Assembly: GCF_018977255.1 (NCBI RefSeq)
Contig: NW_024704742.1
Coordinates: forward strand, 122,266,001-122,330,000
Source of the DNA: Callorhinchus milii
Lineage: Eukaryota
Length of the DNA: 64,000 nt
Direction: 5' to 3'
A program made the position numbers and the translations under genes. The notes beneath the pieces are model-generated. The model was not told the DNA's origin and made no database searches. It was given only the letters and a program-made list of their open reading frames with translations. This document shows, one piece after another, positions 24,026-35,770 of this stretch; the first letter of the stretch is position 1, and every line of letters starts with the position of its first letter.

Positions 24026-26419
24026 CAGAAAAACTGCAATGCATGAGTTATCAGCACTGTAATGGAGTGTCAACCCAGACTGTGAGTTCAAAGTTCACAT
24101 CCCAATCACTCTGTTGCTCACTACTTTGGAAGACATCCTCTTACAGTCAGTAGTGTATTAATATTACATGTCCCTTGGTTACCTGTGAAAAAAATTACTG
24201 ACTTCCAGGTTTTCAGGTAGTCACTTCCTACACCACTGGGTACGATGCATAGGAGGCACTGTGACTGTCATTTCCTGCACATGTGGATTATATGCACGTC
24301 AGTTTCTTTGCAAAGTGATGGCATCATGTGCCTAGTGTGTATGCACAGGAAGCGGTGTTAATGGTACTTCCTTTGCATGTAGCACACCAGAAGTGATATC
24401 AGTGCTGCATGTGCGCAATGCACAGGAAATAAGGTCAACGATGTCCTGATGACAAGTCAAGCATATTTTAGTGTGGGAATCAGCCCAGACAGCACATCTA
24501 ATTCGCATGAGTCCACAGGACACCAACACTATAAACAAACTAAGAAGGGGCATTATAACATGGTTGCCCTGTATTCAAGCCTGTCCCTTGTTAACTTTGT
24601 GTCTCAGATAATTACAGTTGCAAATCATCAAGCGTTTCCATGTTTGTGGCCACAGTGCTGATGGTGTAAACTCAGAATTTGATGTTGAGAAATTATGGCC
24701 TTTGGCGCAGTGTCTTCCAGCACAGAGTGCTTAAGTTTGTCAAATTGTTGCAGGAAATCTGTACAAATTCCTGACAAAATGCCCAAGTTGAATTTCAATT
24801 TGCTTATACACCTTGTCCCAAAGATAAATTAGATATACATTTGGTAACTGAGGCACAGAACAGCTGCAAGATGTCTATTGGTTAACATCAATAGTCACCT
24901 CTTGTGAAAGATCCTTTGATCTTCCAATGTCACTGACAGGTCAGCAGCATGTTGACGTGCATGCTGATAATTGTACATTGCAACTCTACTGAGATTTGCT
25001 TTCAGATCTATTTGAGTGTGCGTTCAAAATAAGTGCAAAAATATTCATTTTGCCAGAGTTAAAATGTATGGCCCCGTTTTCTCTCAATGTAACTTTTGTT
25101 CTCTGAGTTACACTGTGTTATGTGCATTTTTTTTAATGAGTATCATCAGATTGCTTTTCTTTTCTCTTTGAAAGGTGTGGTTTAAAGCCCCGGAGGCAGG
25201 TAGAGAGAAGTTTCCTAAATCAGTATCTGTCAAAAATTCACTCTTCAGCATTAATAGTTTTCAGGTCATCACCCACCGCCCCAGTAAAAAAAAGCACACA
25301 ATTCATGATTTCAGTGTGTTTAACCTGAACATGCACTCGTATGGAGAAGGATTAAAACATTGGAATTTAACTGTAAACAGATGTGCTGTTGAAGAGAACA
25401 CAATCCATCAGGCTTGACGTAGCTTGGCTTCAGCTCTGCAATACTACAATCATTAGAGTACACAGTGCAGCGAATACTAGCGAATACTCCCAGGACAGAA
25501 ATTATTACTTGGTGCATTCCTAGTCACAAAAGTCTGATCAGCTGTTTTCCTCATGAGTATTTGGGTGTATTTTTTTTTCCGCGTCAGGACTGAGATCACA
25601 GTCTAATATGGCACTCCAGTTCAGTGCTGGAGGAAACGTTGCATTGTCTGAGGTGCTGTCCTTCAGATGAAACGTTAAACCGAGGTTCTTTCTGCCCGCT
25701 CAGGTGACTTTAAAGATTTTGTGGCACTTTTTGAAAAGATAAGGAAGAGAGTGTCTTTTATTCTGAAATATAAAATATTTTCCAGAACCAACGGAAGTTT
25801 ACAGTGGAGTTGTAAAATTATCTTTACTCCCTTTTTTTTAGCAGAATTACTGGCCCCAGTACTTCTGAATCATTGCCCAATGCTAACAAGCAGATGTAAT
25901 TAAACAGAGTTATAACATCTTGGAACTGATAATTCTGTGAAATGTGGAATAAAACTAGATATAAGGTCTGAATTTTCTAGTCTTCATCAATGATGTACTT
26001 TAACAATATAGGGAGAAATAGGGCCCCCAAATGCTCAGAGATTAAAAAGCAGGAAGATCCTAGGTCTGCAGTGAGTTAGCTATTTTTGGCTGCAATTGCC
26101 CTCCAGGGGTCACCTACAAAATACACAGTCGCTACTCTTTACAGTAAAATCCTGTGAAGCGCTTATCATATCTACCCAACGTGATAAAGTGCAATATCAA
26201 ATGCAAAGAATATTTATTCATCCATTGTTCTGACTTCTTATTGTTGTCCATTGAACCATATATCAATTTTACATAGGACATGGTTGGATTTTGGCTGAAA
26301 TATTTCCCTGCCCTCTCCCCCCTTCCCCACGGAAACAAAGAAAGAACAACTGAGTCAAAAAAAACTTCAAGAAACAAAAAGGAAGTAGAGAAAGTCAATA
26401 AGAAACAGCACTAGAGACA

Positions 26420-26675
26420 TTTTTTCTTGGTCAGCCGGGTGTCTGACACATGCAGAAATCAAACCAAGCTGAGATTTCCATTTTTCCTACACATGGAAAT
26501 CCCAGAGATAAATTGTTGGAATGGAATGCACACACTCTCCCTGGAGGGACACATCCTGCTTACCTAATTCCGGAAAGTATTAGGTGGCAGTTGGCAAGAG
26601 CCAAACCTTGGGAACCCCAGAGTGTGCGTTGGGGTACTGCTGGAGTCTAACCAGCTAAAACTGCACAGCTTGCCA
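26420..26675 (-). repeat. Unidentified interspersed repeat, copy 1
   Basis: Shares CTCTCCCTGGAGGGACACATCCTGCTTACCTAATTCC and CTGCTGGAGTCTAACCAGCTAA with 43506-43757 and 63460-63832. Confidence 0.85.
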
Positions 26676-27279
26676 TTCATATTGCAACAGCTGAATATTA
26701 GACACTTTCTTGGATTTTTTAAGCACTTTGAGACGTCACCCTGCATGAAGGGCTTTATATAAATTCTAGTTGTTGTTGGACTCTTTCCCTAAGTCCCTCC
26801 ACTTCATACCAACCCTCTCTGCTGTCTAAAAAAAACTCTCTTTGTGCCCACCCTCCCAATCTCTCACCCCATTCGGGCTCCTGCACCAATCTGAGAAGCA
26901 TTTTGAGATATTTTCCTTTGTGAAAGGTGCTACATAAGTGTAAGTTGTTGTAGTTGGTATCCAATATCATCTCTGGATTTTTTCAGAAAAAAAAATGAGC
27001 TGCTCATAATTTGCTTCAGGAGATGTTCGTCTCCAGTTGTTTTCAGGCCTCAATGTTCTTAGGAATATTATATAAAAAGTTAAGTAAATACTCTCAGATG
27101 AATGACTGTTCTTGTGAGTGTTTCCAGTAGTTGCTGGAAGACTGCTAAATGCCTGGATTGTATTCTGCACCTGGGAGCTCAAGAAGCTGGCCAGTCAGTG
27201 GAAGTGTACCCAACTTCTGGGCGTGCTACAGTGGGGTCTGCCTGTAACTAATACCATACAAACTGTTATTCTTGTTTGA

Positions 27280-27615
<336 letters not shown>

Positions 27616-28204
27616 TAAGTAGAATTGATATCTCCAGTTACAGGCCAGTGCTCATGATTATTGTAACAATGTTAAAGCATGGTGACTCGATTATTATCCA
27701 TATGCTCCACGATAAATGAAGAGACGTTTGCATGTTACCAACATGCATTGTTTCATATTATACAGATACCTAAGCATAACCTTTCCGATCAGTTAGTTCT
27801 TATCAATCTACAGCTCTTATTACGATTCATCCAGAGACAACAAACTCTTTTATGGAATCATTTTGCTCTTTGTGAAATATACGTGTATTTGTTTTCAATA
27901 AACTGTGTTGGAAACCCCAGGTCAGGGGAGGAAGATGCAGTACTTTAATGATTTAGAATCTAATATTGTGATAAAACATTCAGAAGGAACAACATTTTTA
28001 ATTTAAAGTTTCTAGTGGAAACAAAATATCTTGATTGGGGGTCTCACTCTCTGTTTGGCTGACATTAAATGGTTGTGTTTTTCTGAATCCTGGCCTATCT
28101 CCAGAGGAAACAGTGGGGAAGGGAGATTTCAAACCAGTCTGAGGCGAGGCTCTCCATGCATACAATTACATAAGGCACTACAGCATGTAAACAGACCATT
28201 GAAC

Positions 28205-28505
28205 ACAAATAATCTGCTTCAGTGTTTATACTCCACATAAACCTATATCCCTTCTCTCCACACTCCTGTATTTCCTTCTCCCTTCTCCAGTTTTCTCTTA
28301 AATACTCCCTTGTTGTTTTCTGTTTCAATCACTGATTCTGGCAGTCAGTTCCACGTTATCACATCTCTCTGCATAAATAAGTTCCTTCTAAACTCCTTTT
28401 TAGATCTGCTACTGGTTTTCTTACATTCATGCCCATAGTTTTGGACTTACCGACACGTGGAAACGGCTTATTAACATCCACCTCATCAAATCCTTTCACC
28501 CTTTT
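28205..28505 (-). mobile_element. Old CR1 3' fragment
   Basis: The minus strand gives decayed KGFDEVD... coding sequence and a CR1-type 3' UTR. Confidence 0.65.
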
Positions 28506-30186
28506 ATGCGAATAATAAAAATGACGATTTTACCAAATAATAATAATAATCCTTGCATTTTTATATAGTGCCTTATCATGCCTTCGATACGTTTCAAAGC
28601 ACTTCATAAAATATACTGTAAAGTTAATTGACTACAAAATCTTCAGAATATTTTTTTCTCGGACTAGGAATTTTTTCTATAAAATGGAATAGTTAATGGA
28701 ACAAAAACTGGTACCTTAACACCAGTTTAAAGAGGTTACTCTGTCACTCGCATCTCCTTCCAAAACTGGTTCTTGGTTTGTTTTTTGAAAAAATTATGTC
28801 ATTTTCCAGAAATCTTATTTTTTTCCACATCACCAATAAATGATGCAGTTTCAGGCCAGGTTACTGAGACTGCAGGCTTTCATTGTCGAAAGAATTCACT
28901 CCATTGACTAAGAACAGGACAGAATAGCTCTCTAATCTTTCAAATTCACCTTAAGAGTTTTACAGTGATATAGATCCCATTGAATTATCTTCAAAGCTCA
29001 CTTTCAGTTCCATGACACCAGATACCTTTGATGCCAAATTAAAATACCTGAGTGGTAAGTCTATTCATGTCAGGGTCTAATCTTATTACGAGAAGCGTAA
29101 TAAATACTTTTTATGTCAAGACCATCTCTTTTTGCAGTAATGAATTACCATAAACTTTCTGGCACAGGCTTGGGAATGGAAGGCTAGATTTGGATTTGAA
29201 GTTAGTCTCCAATAATTCACTCCTTAAAATTGGAGTGGGACGTATGGAAACATACGGAAACCTCACCATGCTTAAGAGTATCCAAATCAAGCTGAGAATT
29301 CCATGCATCCCACCTATTATGAGTTCTAAGAATAGAACTCATTAAGCCAGTTCTACCAGTTCATTTAATATCAATGCCCATCTCTTTCTTCATCCCATTA
29401 ACAGATCAATGCTTTTGCAGGATCAATAAGTATGTAAATGGTTACTGACCATATTAGCACTATTTGAAAAATAACTGCTCCTCACAGACATTATGTTGTA
29501 ACCTAATTCAGCAAGTGATGATCCAATTTCAGAATATGATCCAGAATAGAAACAGAGCAAGAGCTCATTTGGTCTCTGGAGGGAGCCCATCCTGAATTGG
29601 TCCTCAGTTTGAATTCATTGTACCTCGTTCAAGCATTAATGCTTTCATGAATAAAACATTCTTGTTCATAGCAATAATTGATACCATGATTAGCACTGAT
29701 CACTGATATCTGTTGGTCTAAAGCCTTTGCCAATAGTTGGTGCCTTGATTGACACATGTTCAGCCCCAAATATCAGTATTGAGGTAGTTGAATGTTTAAC
29801 ACCTCATACTATCACTCGGCACATGTTGTATCAATGCATCTATCTATCAGCTATAGTAGATCTCTTGGGATAGCATCAGTGTTGCAATTGGGACAAATCT
29901 AGTGCCTGTTTTAATGCAGGGCTCTAAGATCAGTAGTAATAAAACAATACCACTAATTCTAATCCTTATATTAGATAAAACGCCTTTCACATCAGGAGGA
30001 CATCTCAAAGCATTTCACAGGATTTACTGTAAAGTGTAGTGCCTGTATTTTATTAGCAAACCAGCCAATTTGCATTCAGCAATGTTCCACAAATGGCCAT
30101 AACATGAATTAACAATATTATTTGGTCTGAGCGAAACTCCCCTATTTTATTAGTACCATAGGGTCTTCAACATCCACCTGAGCAGG

Positions 30187-31130
30187 ATGCTGGGCTGTAT
30201 TGCTAAGTCGGTTGAGTTTAGGTCCCAGACCAGGATGTCTATTCAGGCTGTCCAGTGAACTGGTCAGACTGCACTTTGAATACTGCATACAGTTCTGGTT
30301 ATCACATTATAAAGGTGCCTACGCTCTAGAGGCGGTACAGAAGACAGCAACGAGAAAGATTCCCAGTATTAGGGGAATGAGATAAGAATAACATAAGAAC
30401 ATAAGTATTAGGAGCAGGAATAGGCCATTCGACCCCTCGAGCCTGCCCCGCCATTTGATAAGATCATGGCTGATCTTCAGATCTAACTCTAATTACCTGC
30501 CCTATCCCCATAACCCCTAATCCCTCTATTTTTAAAAAATCTATCAGTCTCAGCCTTGAAGATGTTCAAGGACTGAGCATCTACAGCCTTCTGGGGTAGT
30601 GAATTCCATAAATTATAGATTCTCCTACCAGGGGAAACAGTCCCTCAGTGTCTACTTTATCCAGCCCTTTAAGAATCTTATATGTTTCAATAAGATCTCC
30701 CCTAATTCTTCTGTACTCTAGAGAATATAGCTCTTGTTTATTCAGCCTATCCTCATAGGTCAGTCCCCTCATTCCAGGAACTAACCTCGTGATATGAGCA
30801 ATGACCAGACAAGCTAAGGCTCTTCAGTCTTGAGAGAAAATGACTCAGAGGAGGACTAATAGAGGTGTATAAAATTTTAAATGGGATTGAAAATGTAAAC
30901 CCAGATCTATATTTTATTTTCAAGGCAGCAGAATAAGAGGACATAGGTTTAGAGTTGTAAAGGGCAAATTCAGGACAGATACCAGGAAGTTTTTCTTTAT
31001 ACAGAGGGTAATGAACGACTGGGACAGGTTGTCAGTAACGTTGGTAGTAGACGTTATTTGGTAGTAGAGGCCAGGACATTAGACTCCTTTAAAAAGCAGT
31101 TTGATGCAGTGAGGGGGGAACAGTAGGGTG
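30187..31130 (+). mobile_element. Old CR1 fragment, split by a younger antisense CR1 3' end (30385-30790)
   Basis: LVRLHFEYCIQFW before the insert and RLFSLER...RGGLIEVYKILNG after it. The insert is the reverse complement of about 35413-35885 with an internal deletion of about 85 bp. Confidence 0.85.
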
Positions 31131-31597
31131 GGTGTTCTGGGGCGATAAGATCAGAAATGCCAGATCTCATCCAGACCAATCTTGAGAACAGGCAGACAGG
31201 TTTGATCCAAATCTGGTACTAGTACACTGATACAAATACAAATTGATGCTCATCCAGTTCTATTGGTAGTATCACTGGTACCTCCTTAATGCCAGGATTT
31301 TATATCTATATTGACACAAATCCAATATGAGTGTTGCCTCTTCATTATTGTAATGTTCTCATACATTCTCATCTCTAAATTATTGCTGACCAATTGGAAA
31401 CTGGTTGCATCCAGAGGGTATAAAAAGGGGATACCTGCGAGAGCCTTTCTCGAGCAGAGAGTCCAGAGTGAGCTACGTCCGAAGTGAGGCAAGGTCAGAG
31501 TGAGAAGGAATTGGGTGAGAGTGGGAATTAGGTGCAGAGGGGTAAGTATTTCTTCTAAACAACAATAATACAGGGATAAATAGAGTGAGAGGAGAGA

Positions 31598-32541
31598 ATG
31601 ACCTGGCAGGTGATGTGTGAGGAATGTGGTATTGTGGGAGTTGATGGAGAGCAACCTAAGCCTGGGCGACTTCATCTGCAGCAAATGTCTGCAACTGAGG
31701 AAGCTCCAGCTTAGAATAGCTGAGCTGGAGTCTCAGGTGGAGACACTGCTCAGCATTAGAGATGGGGAGAGCTTCCTGGACAGTTTCATCCTGGAGCCAG
31801 ACACTCCCACAAGTCCCAGGGAACATTCCATTGCCAGCCACGGACAGGACTGGGTGACGGTCAGACAGGCGCGTAAGGGGACCTGAAAGAGAGGGGCAGA
31901 GGAACTCCAGGCTTTAACCTTGTCCAACAGGTATGAAATACTTGCAACCTGTGTGGACAAGGAAGTCTGTGAGGAAGATGGGCAAACAACACCTCTATAC
32001 AGGAGGCCACATTGGGAATAGTCAGAAGGAATATAGTGGTAATTGGGGATGAGACAGTCAGGAAGACTGACACACTTTTCTGCAGTCGTAGCAGGGAGAC
32101 AAGAAGACTCTGTTGCCTTCCTGGGTCCAGGGTGAAGGACGTAACTTCTGGGCTGGAGAAAAATTTGAAGCAGGAGGGAGTGGATCCAACTGTAATGATT
32201 CACATAGGGACCAATGATATAGGTAGGACAGGTAGGGATGAGTTGAGGAGCAAGTTCCGGGAATTGGGAGTTAAGCTAAAGAGTAGAACTTCGAAGGTAT
32301 TAATATCGGGATTATTACCTGAGCCAGGGGCAATTGGTACAGGCAAAAAAAAATTAAAGAACTGAATACCTGGCTAAAAGAATGGTGCTGAGGTCAGGGG
32401 TTTCACTTTATAGGCCACTGGCACCAGTATTGGGGGAGACAGGAGCTATTCCAAAGGAATGGACTCCACCTAAACAGGGCTGGGACAAATGTCCTGGCAA
32501 CACGAATAAATAGGGAGGTAGACAGGGCTTTAAACTACTAA
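31598..32541 (+). pseudogene. CR1 ORF1 (zinc finger, coiled coil, SGNH/GDSL esterase), frameshifted
   Basis: MTWQVMCEECG / WEL...FICSKCLQL...LRIAELESQV, then VVIGDETVRKTD...CCLPGSRVKDV...IHIGTNDIG. Split over several frames. Confidence 0.88.
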
Positions 32542-32699
32542 GGGGGGTAAATTCAATCACATGTAATCCGTCACAATTAAAATTAGGACCGATAAAAGTG
32601 GGAGAGCAGATTAACCAGGGAGATGAGCAAAGTGTGTCAAGCGGGGAAAGGAAGCCCAGGGATAGGATACTGGTGAATAGGACTAATAGCTCGAAGTCA

Positions 32700-35600
32700 G
32701 AATTAAAGGTGCTATATCTGAATGTGCGAAGCATTCGAAACAAGATAGATGAGTTAAATGCACAAATCAAAACAAACGGGTATGATCTGGTAGCCATCAC
32801 TGAGACATGGTTACAGGAAGATCAAGGGTGGGAGCTAAATATTCCAGGGTATCTGGCATAGAGAAGAGACAGGCAATATCTGGAATCCTGTAGCTCAGTG
32901 GTTAGAGCACTCACTTTGCAAGCGAGAGACCCGAGTTCAATTCCAGGCAGGGCGAAACCTTGGGCAAGTTTCCTTACTCCACATGCCTAATAATAATCCC
33001 TCCAAAACAAAAAGCAATAATAAATTGGTCACTTCAATCTACGACTGTTTGTGGGACATCGCTGTACGCAATTGGCTGCCGCGTTCGCCCACAAATATAC
33101 GGTCAATTCACTTTACAGTGTGTTCTGTGAAGCGCTTTGGGACGTCCTCTCGACGTGAAAAGCGCTATATCAAATGCAAGGATAATTATAATTATTATTA
33201 TTATTATTATGTGGTAAACGAGAATGGGGGGTGGCCCTGCTAATAAAGGATGGGATAAAAACAGTAGAGAGGAAAGATTTTAAATCAGAAAAGCAGGAAG
33301 TAGAGTCAGTATGGGTAGAGGTACGTAATAACAAGGGGCAGAAAACTCTAGTGGGAGTAGTTTATAGACCCCCGAACAGCAGTCACAGTATCGCTCAAGG
33401 TATAAATCAGGAAATTAGCAGAGCATGTAGTAAAGGAAATACATTAATTGTGGGTGATTTTAATCTGCACATAGATTGGCTCAACCAAATTGGAAAAAGT
33501 ATGATAGAGGAAGAGTTTATAGAATGTATTAGGGATAATTATCTAGATCAGTATACCGAGGAGCCAACCAGGGAACAAGCCATATTAGACCTTGTTTTGT
33601 GCAATGAAGCAGGGCTGATCAGCAAACTGGAAATTAAGGCTCCTCTAGGGCAAAGTGATCATAATATGATGGAATTTAGCATTAAGTTAGAGAGAGAAGT
33701 AGTTAAGTCCGAAGCAAAGGTTTTAAATTTAAGTAGAGCCAATTTTGCTGGTATGAGAGAGGATTTAGCCAAAATAAACTGGGAAATTAGACTTAAGGAT
33801 TTGACAGTAGACCAGCAATGGCAGACGTTTAAGGAGATAGTGCAAAATTCCCAGCGAGCACGTATTCCTTTGAGGAATAAGAATGCCATGGGAAAGGTGG
33901 CCCAACCGTGGCTAACTGGAGCAGTTAGGGAAAGTATAAAGTTAAAGGAAGAAGCCTATAAAACAGCTAAGATGAGTAGTAAACCTGAGGATTTGGAGAA
34001 CTTTAGGGATCAACAAAGGAGAACCAAAAAAGTGATTAAGAGGGAGAAAATGGAATATGAGGGCAAACTAGCAAGAACATAAAGACAGACTGCAAGAGTT
34101 TTTATAAATATATAAAGAGGAAGAGGCTGTCAAAGGTAAATGTGGGTTCACTACAGGCAGAGACGGGGGAATTACAGTAGGGGACAAAGACATGGCAGAG
34201 TCATTAAACAAGTACTTTGCTACTGTCTTCACCTTAGAAGACACTGAAAACCTACCAAGAATAGAGGGGAACCAAGAAGACAATGTTAGCGAGCAACTTG
34301 GGGAATTAATATTAGTAAAGAAATGGTTTTAGGTAAATTGTCAGGTCTTAAAACTGATAAATCTCCTGGACCTGATGGCCTACATCCTAGGGTTTTAAAA
34401 GAGGTGGCTACTGAGATAGTGGATGGCTTGTCTTTGATCTTCCAAAATTCTCTGGATTCTGGAACGGTTCCCATTGATTGGAAGATTGCAAACGTAACAC
34501 CACTATTTAAGAAGGGTGGGAGAGAAAAGATGGGGAACTATAGACCAGTTAGTCTGACATCAGTGGTAGGGAAAATTCTTGAGTCCTTAATTAAAGATGT
34601 CGTTATGGGATTCCTGGAAGACCATAACAAGATTAGGCAGAGTCAACATGGCTTTACAAAAGGGAAGTCATGCTTAACTAATCTTTTAGAGTTTTTTGAA
34701 GATGTATCTAGCAGTTAGATAGGGGGGAACCAGTAGATGTAGTATATTTAGATTTTAAAAAGGCATTTGACAAAGTGCCACATAAAAGGCTATTGCACAA
34801 GGTTAAGGCCCACGGGATTAATGGGAACATATTAGCATGGATTGAAGAGTGGCTAACGGGTAGAAAACAGAGAGTAGGGATAAACGGGTCATTCTCGAAT
34901 TGGCAGGATGTGACTAGTGGAGTGCCACAAGGATCAGTGCTTGGGCCTCAGCTATTTACATCAATGATCTAGACGAGGACATTGAATGTAACGTATCTAA
35001 ATTTGCGGATGACACTAAACTAGGTGGGAGAGTAAGCTCTGAGGATGATGCAAAAAGATTGATGCAACGGGATATAGATAGGCTAGGGGAGTGGGCGAGT
35101 AGGTGGCAGATGGAATTTAATGTGGGGAAGTGTGAAGTTATTCACCTAGGTAAAAAAAATAGAAAAACAGATTATTTTCTAGAGGGGGAGAGATTAGATA
35201 GTGTTAGTGTTCAGAGAGTGTCCTTGTACACCAGTCTCAAAAAGTTAGCGTTCATTGCAAAAGGTTTAGAGTACAGGAGTAGGGAAGTCTTGCTGCAACT
35301 GTATGAGACCACACTTAGAGTATTGGTGAGACCGCACCTAGAGTATTGTGTGCAGTTTTGGTCTCCTTATTTACGAAAGGACATACTTGCCCTAGAGAGG
35401 GTGCAGCGTAGATTCACTCGGTTAGTTCCTGGGATGAGGGGACTGACCTTTGAGGATAGGCTGAATAAACTAGGGCTATATTCTCTAGAGTACAGAAGAA
35501 TTAGGGGAGATCTTATTGAAACATAACATTCTTAAAGGGCTGATAAAGTAGACACTGAGGGACTGTTTCCCCTGATAGGAGAATCTATAACCAGGGGTCA

Positions 35601-35770
35601 CAGTCTTAAAATTAAGGGTCAGCCTTTTAGAACAGAGTTCAGGAAACATTTCTTCACACAGAGGGTAGTGAATATATGGAATTCACTACCCCAGAAGGCT
35701 GTAGATGCTCAGTCCTTGAACATCTTGAAGGCTGAGACTGATAGATTTTTAAAAATAGAGGGATTAGGGG
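32700..35770 (+). pseudogene. CR1 ORF2 (AP endonuclease plus reverse transcriptase), disrupted
   Basis: APE motifs YLNVRSI, AITETW, VYRPP, GDFN, SDHN. RT motifs KSPGPDG, NYRPVSLTS, QHGF, GVPQGSVLGP, KFADDTK. Contains stops, frameshifts and a SINE insertion. Confidence 0.95.
32881..33210 (+). mobile_element. Young tRNA-derived SINE inserted in the CR1 endonuclease domain
   Basis: Full family sequence lies between NIPGY and GGVALLIK of ORF2. Confidence 0.93.

Noticed and set aside
25136..25172. MSII... resembling the mammalian PDE4D9 N-terminus
   Set aside because: It stops after 11 codons (MSIIRLLFFSL) with no in-frame donor. Likely coincidence.
31150..31230. Weak resemblance to 5S rRNA
   Set aside because: Only short patches match, and a similar sequence near 57975 suggests a decayed LINE 3' UTR.
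33231..35526. Active autonomous retrotransposon
   Set aside because: ORF1 and ORF2 contain multiple stops and frameshifts plus a SINE insertion, so the element is not competent.
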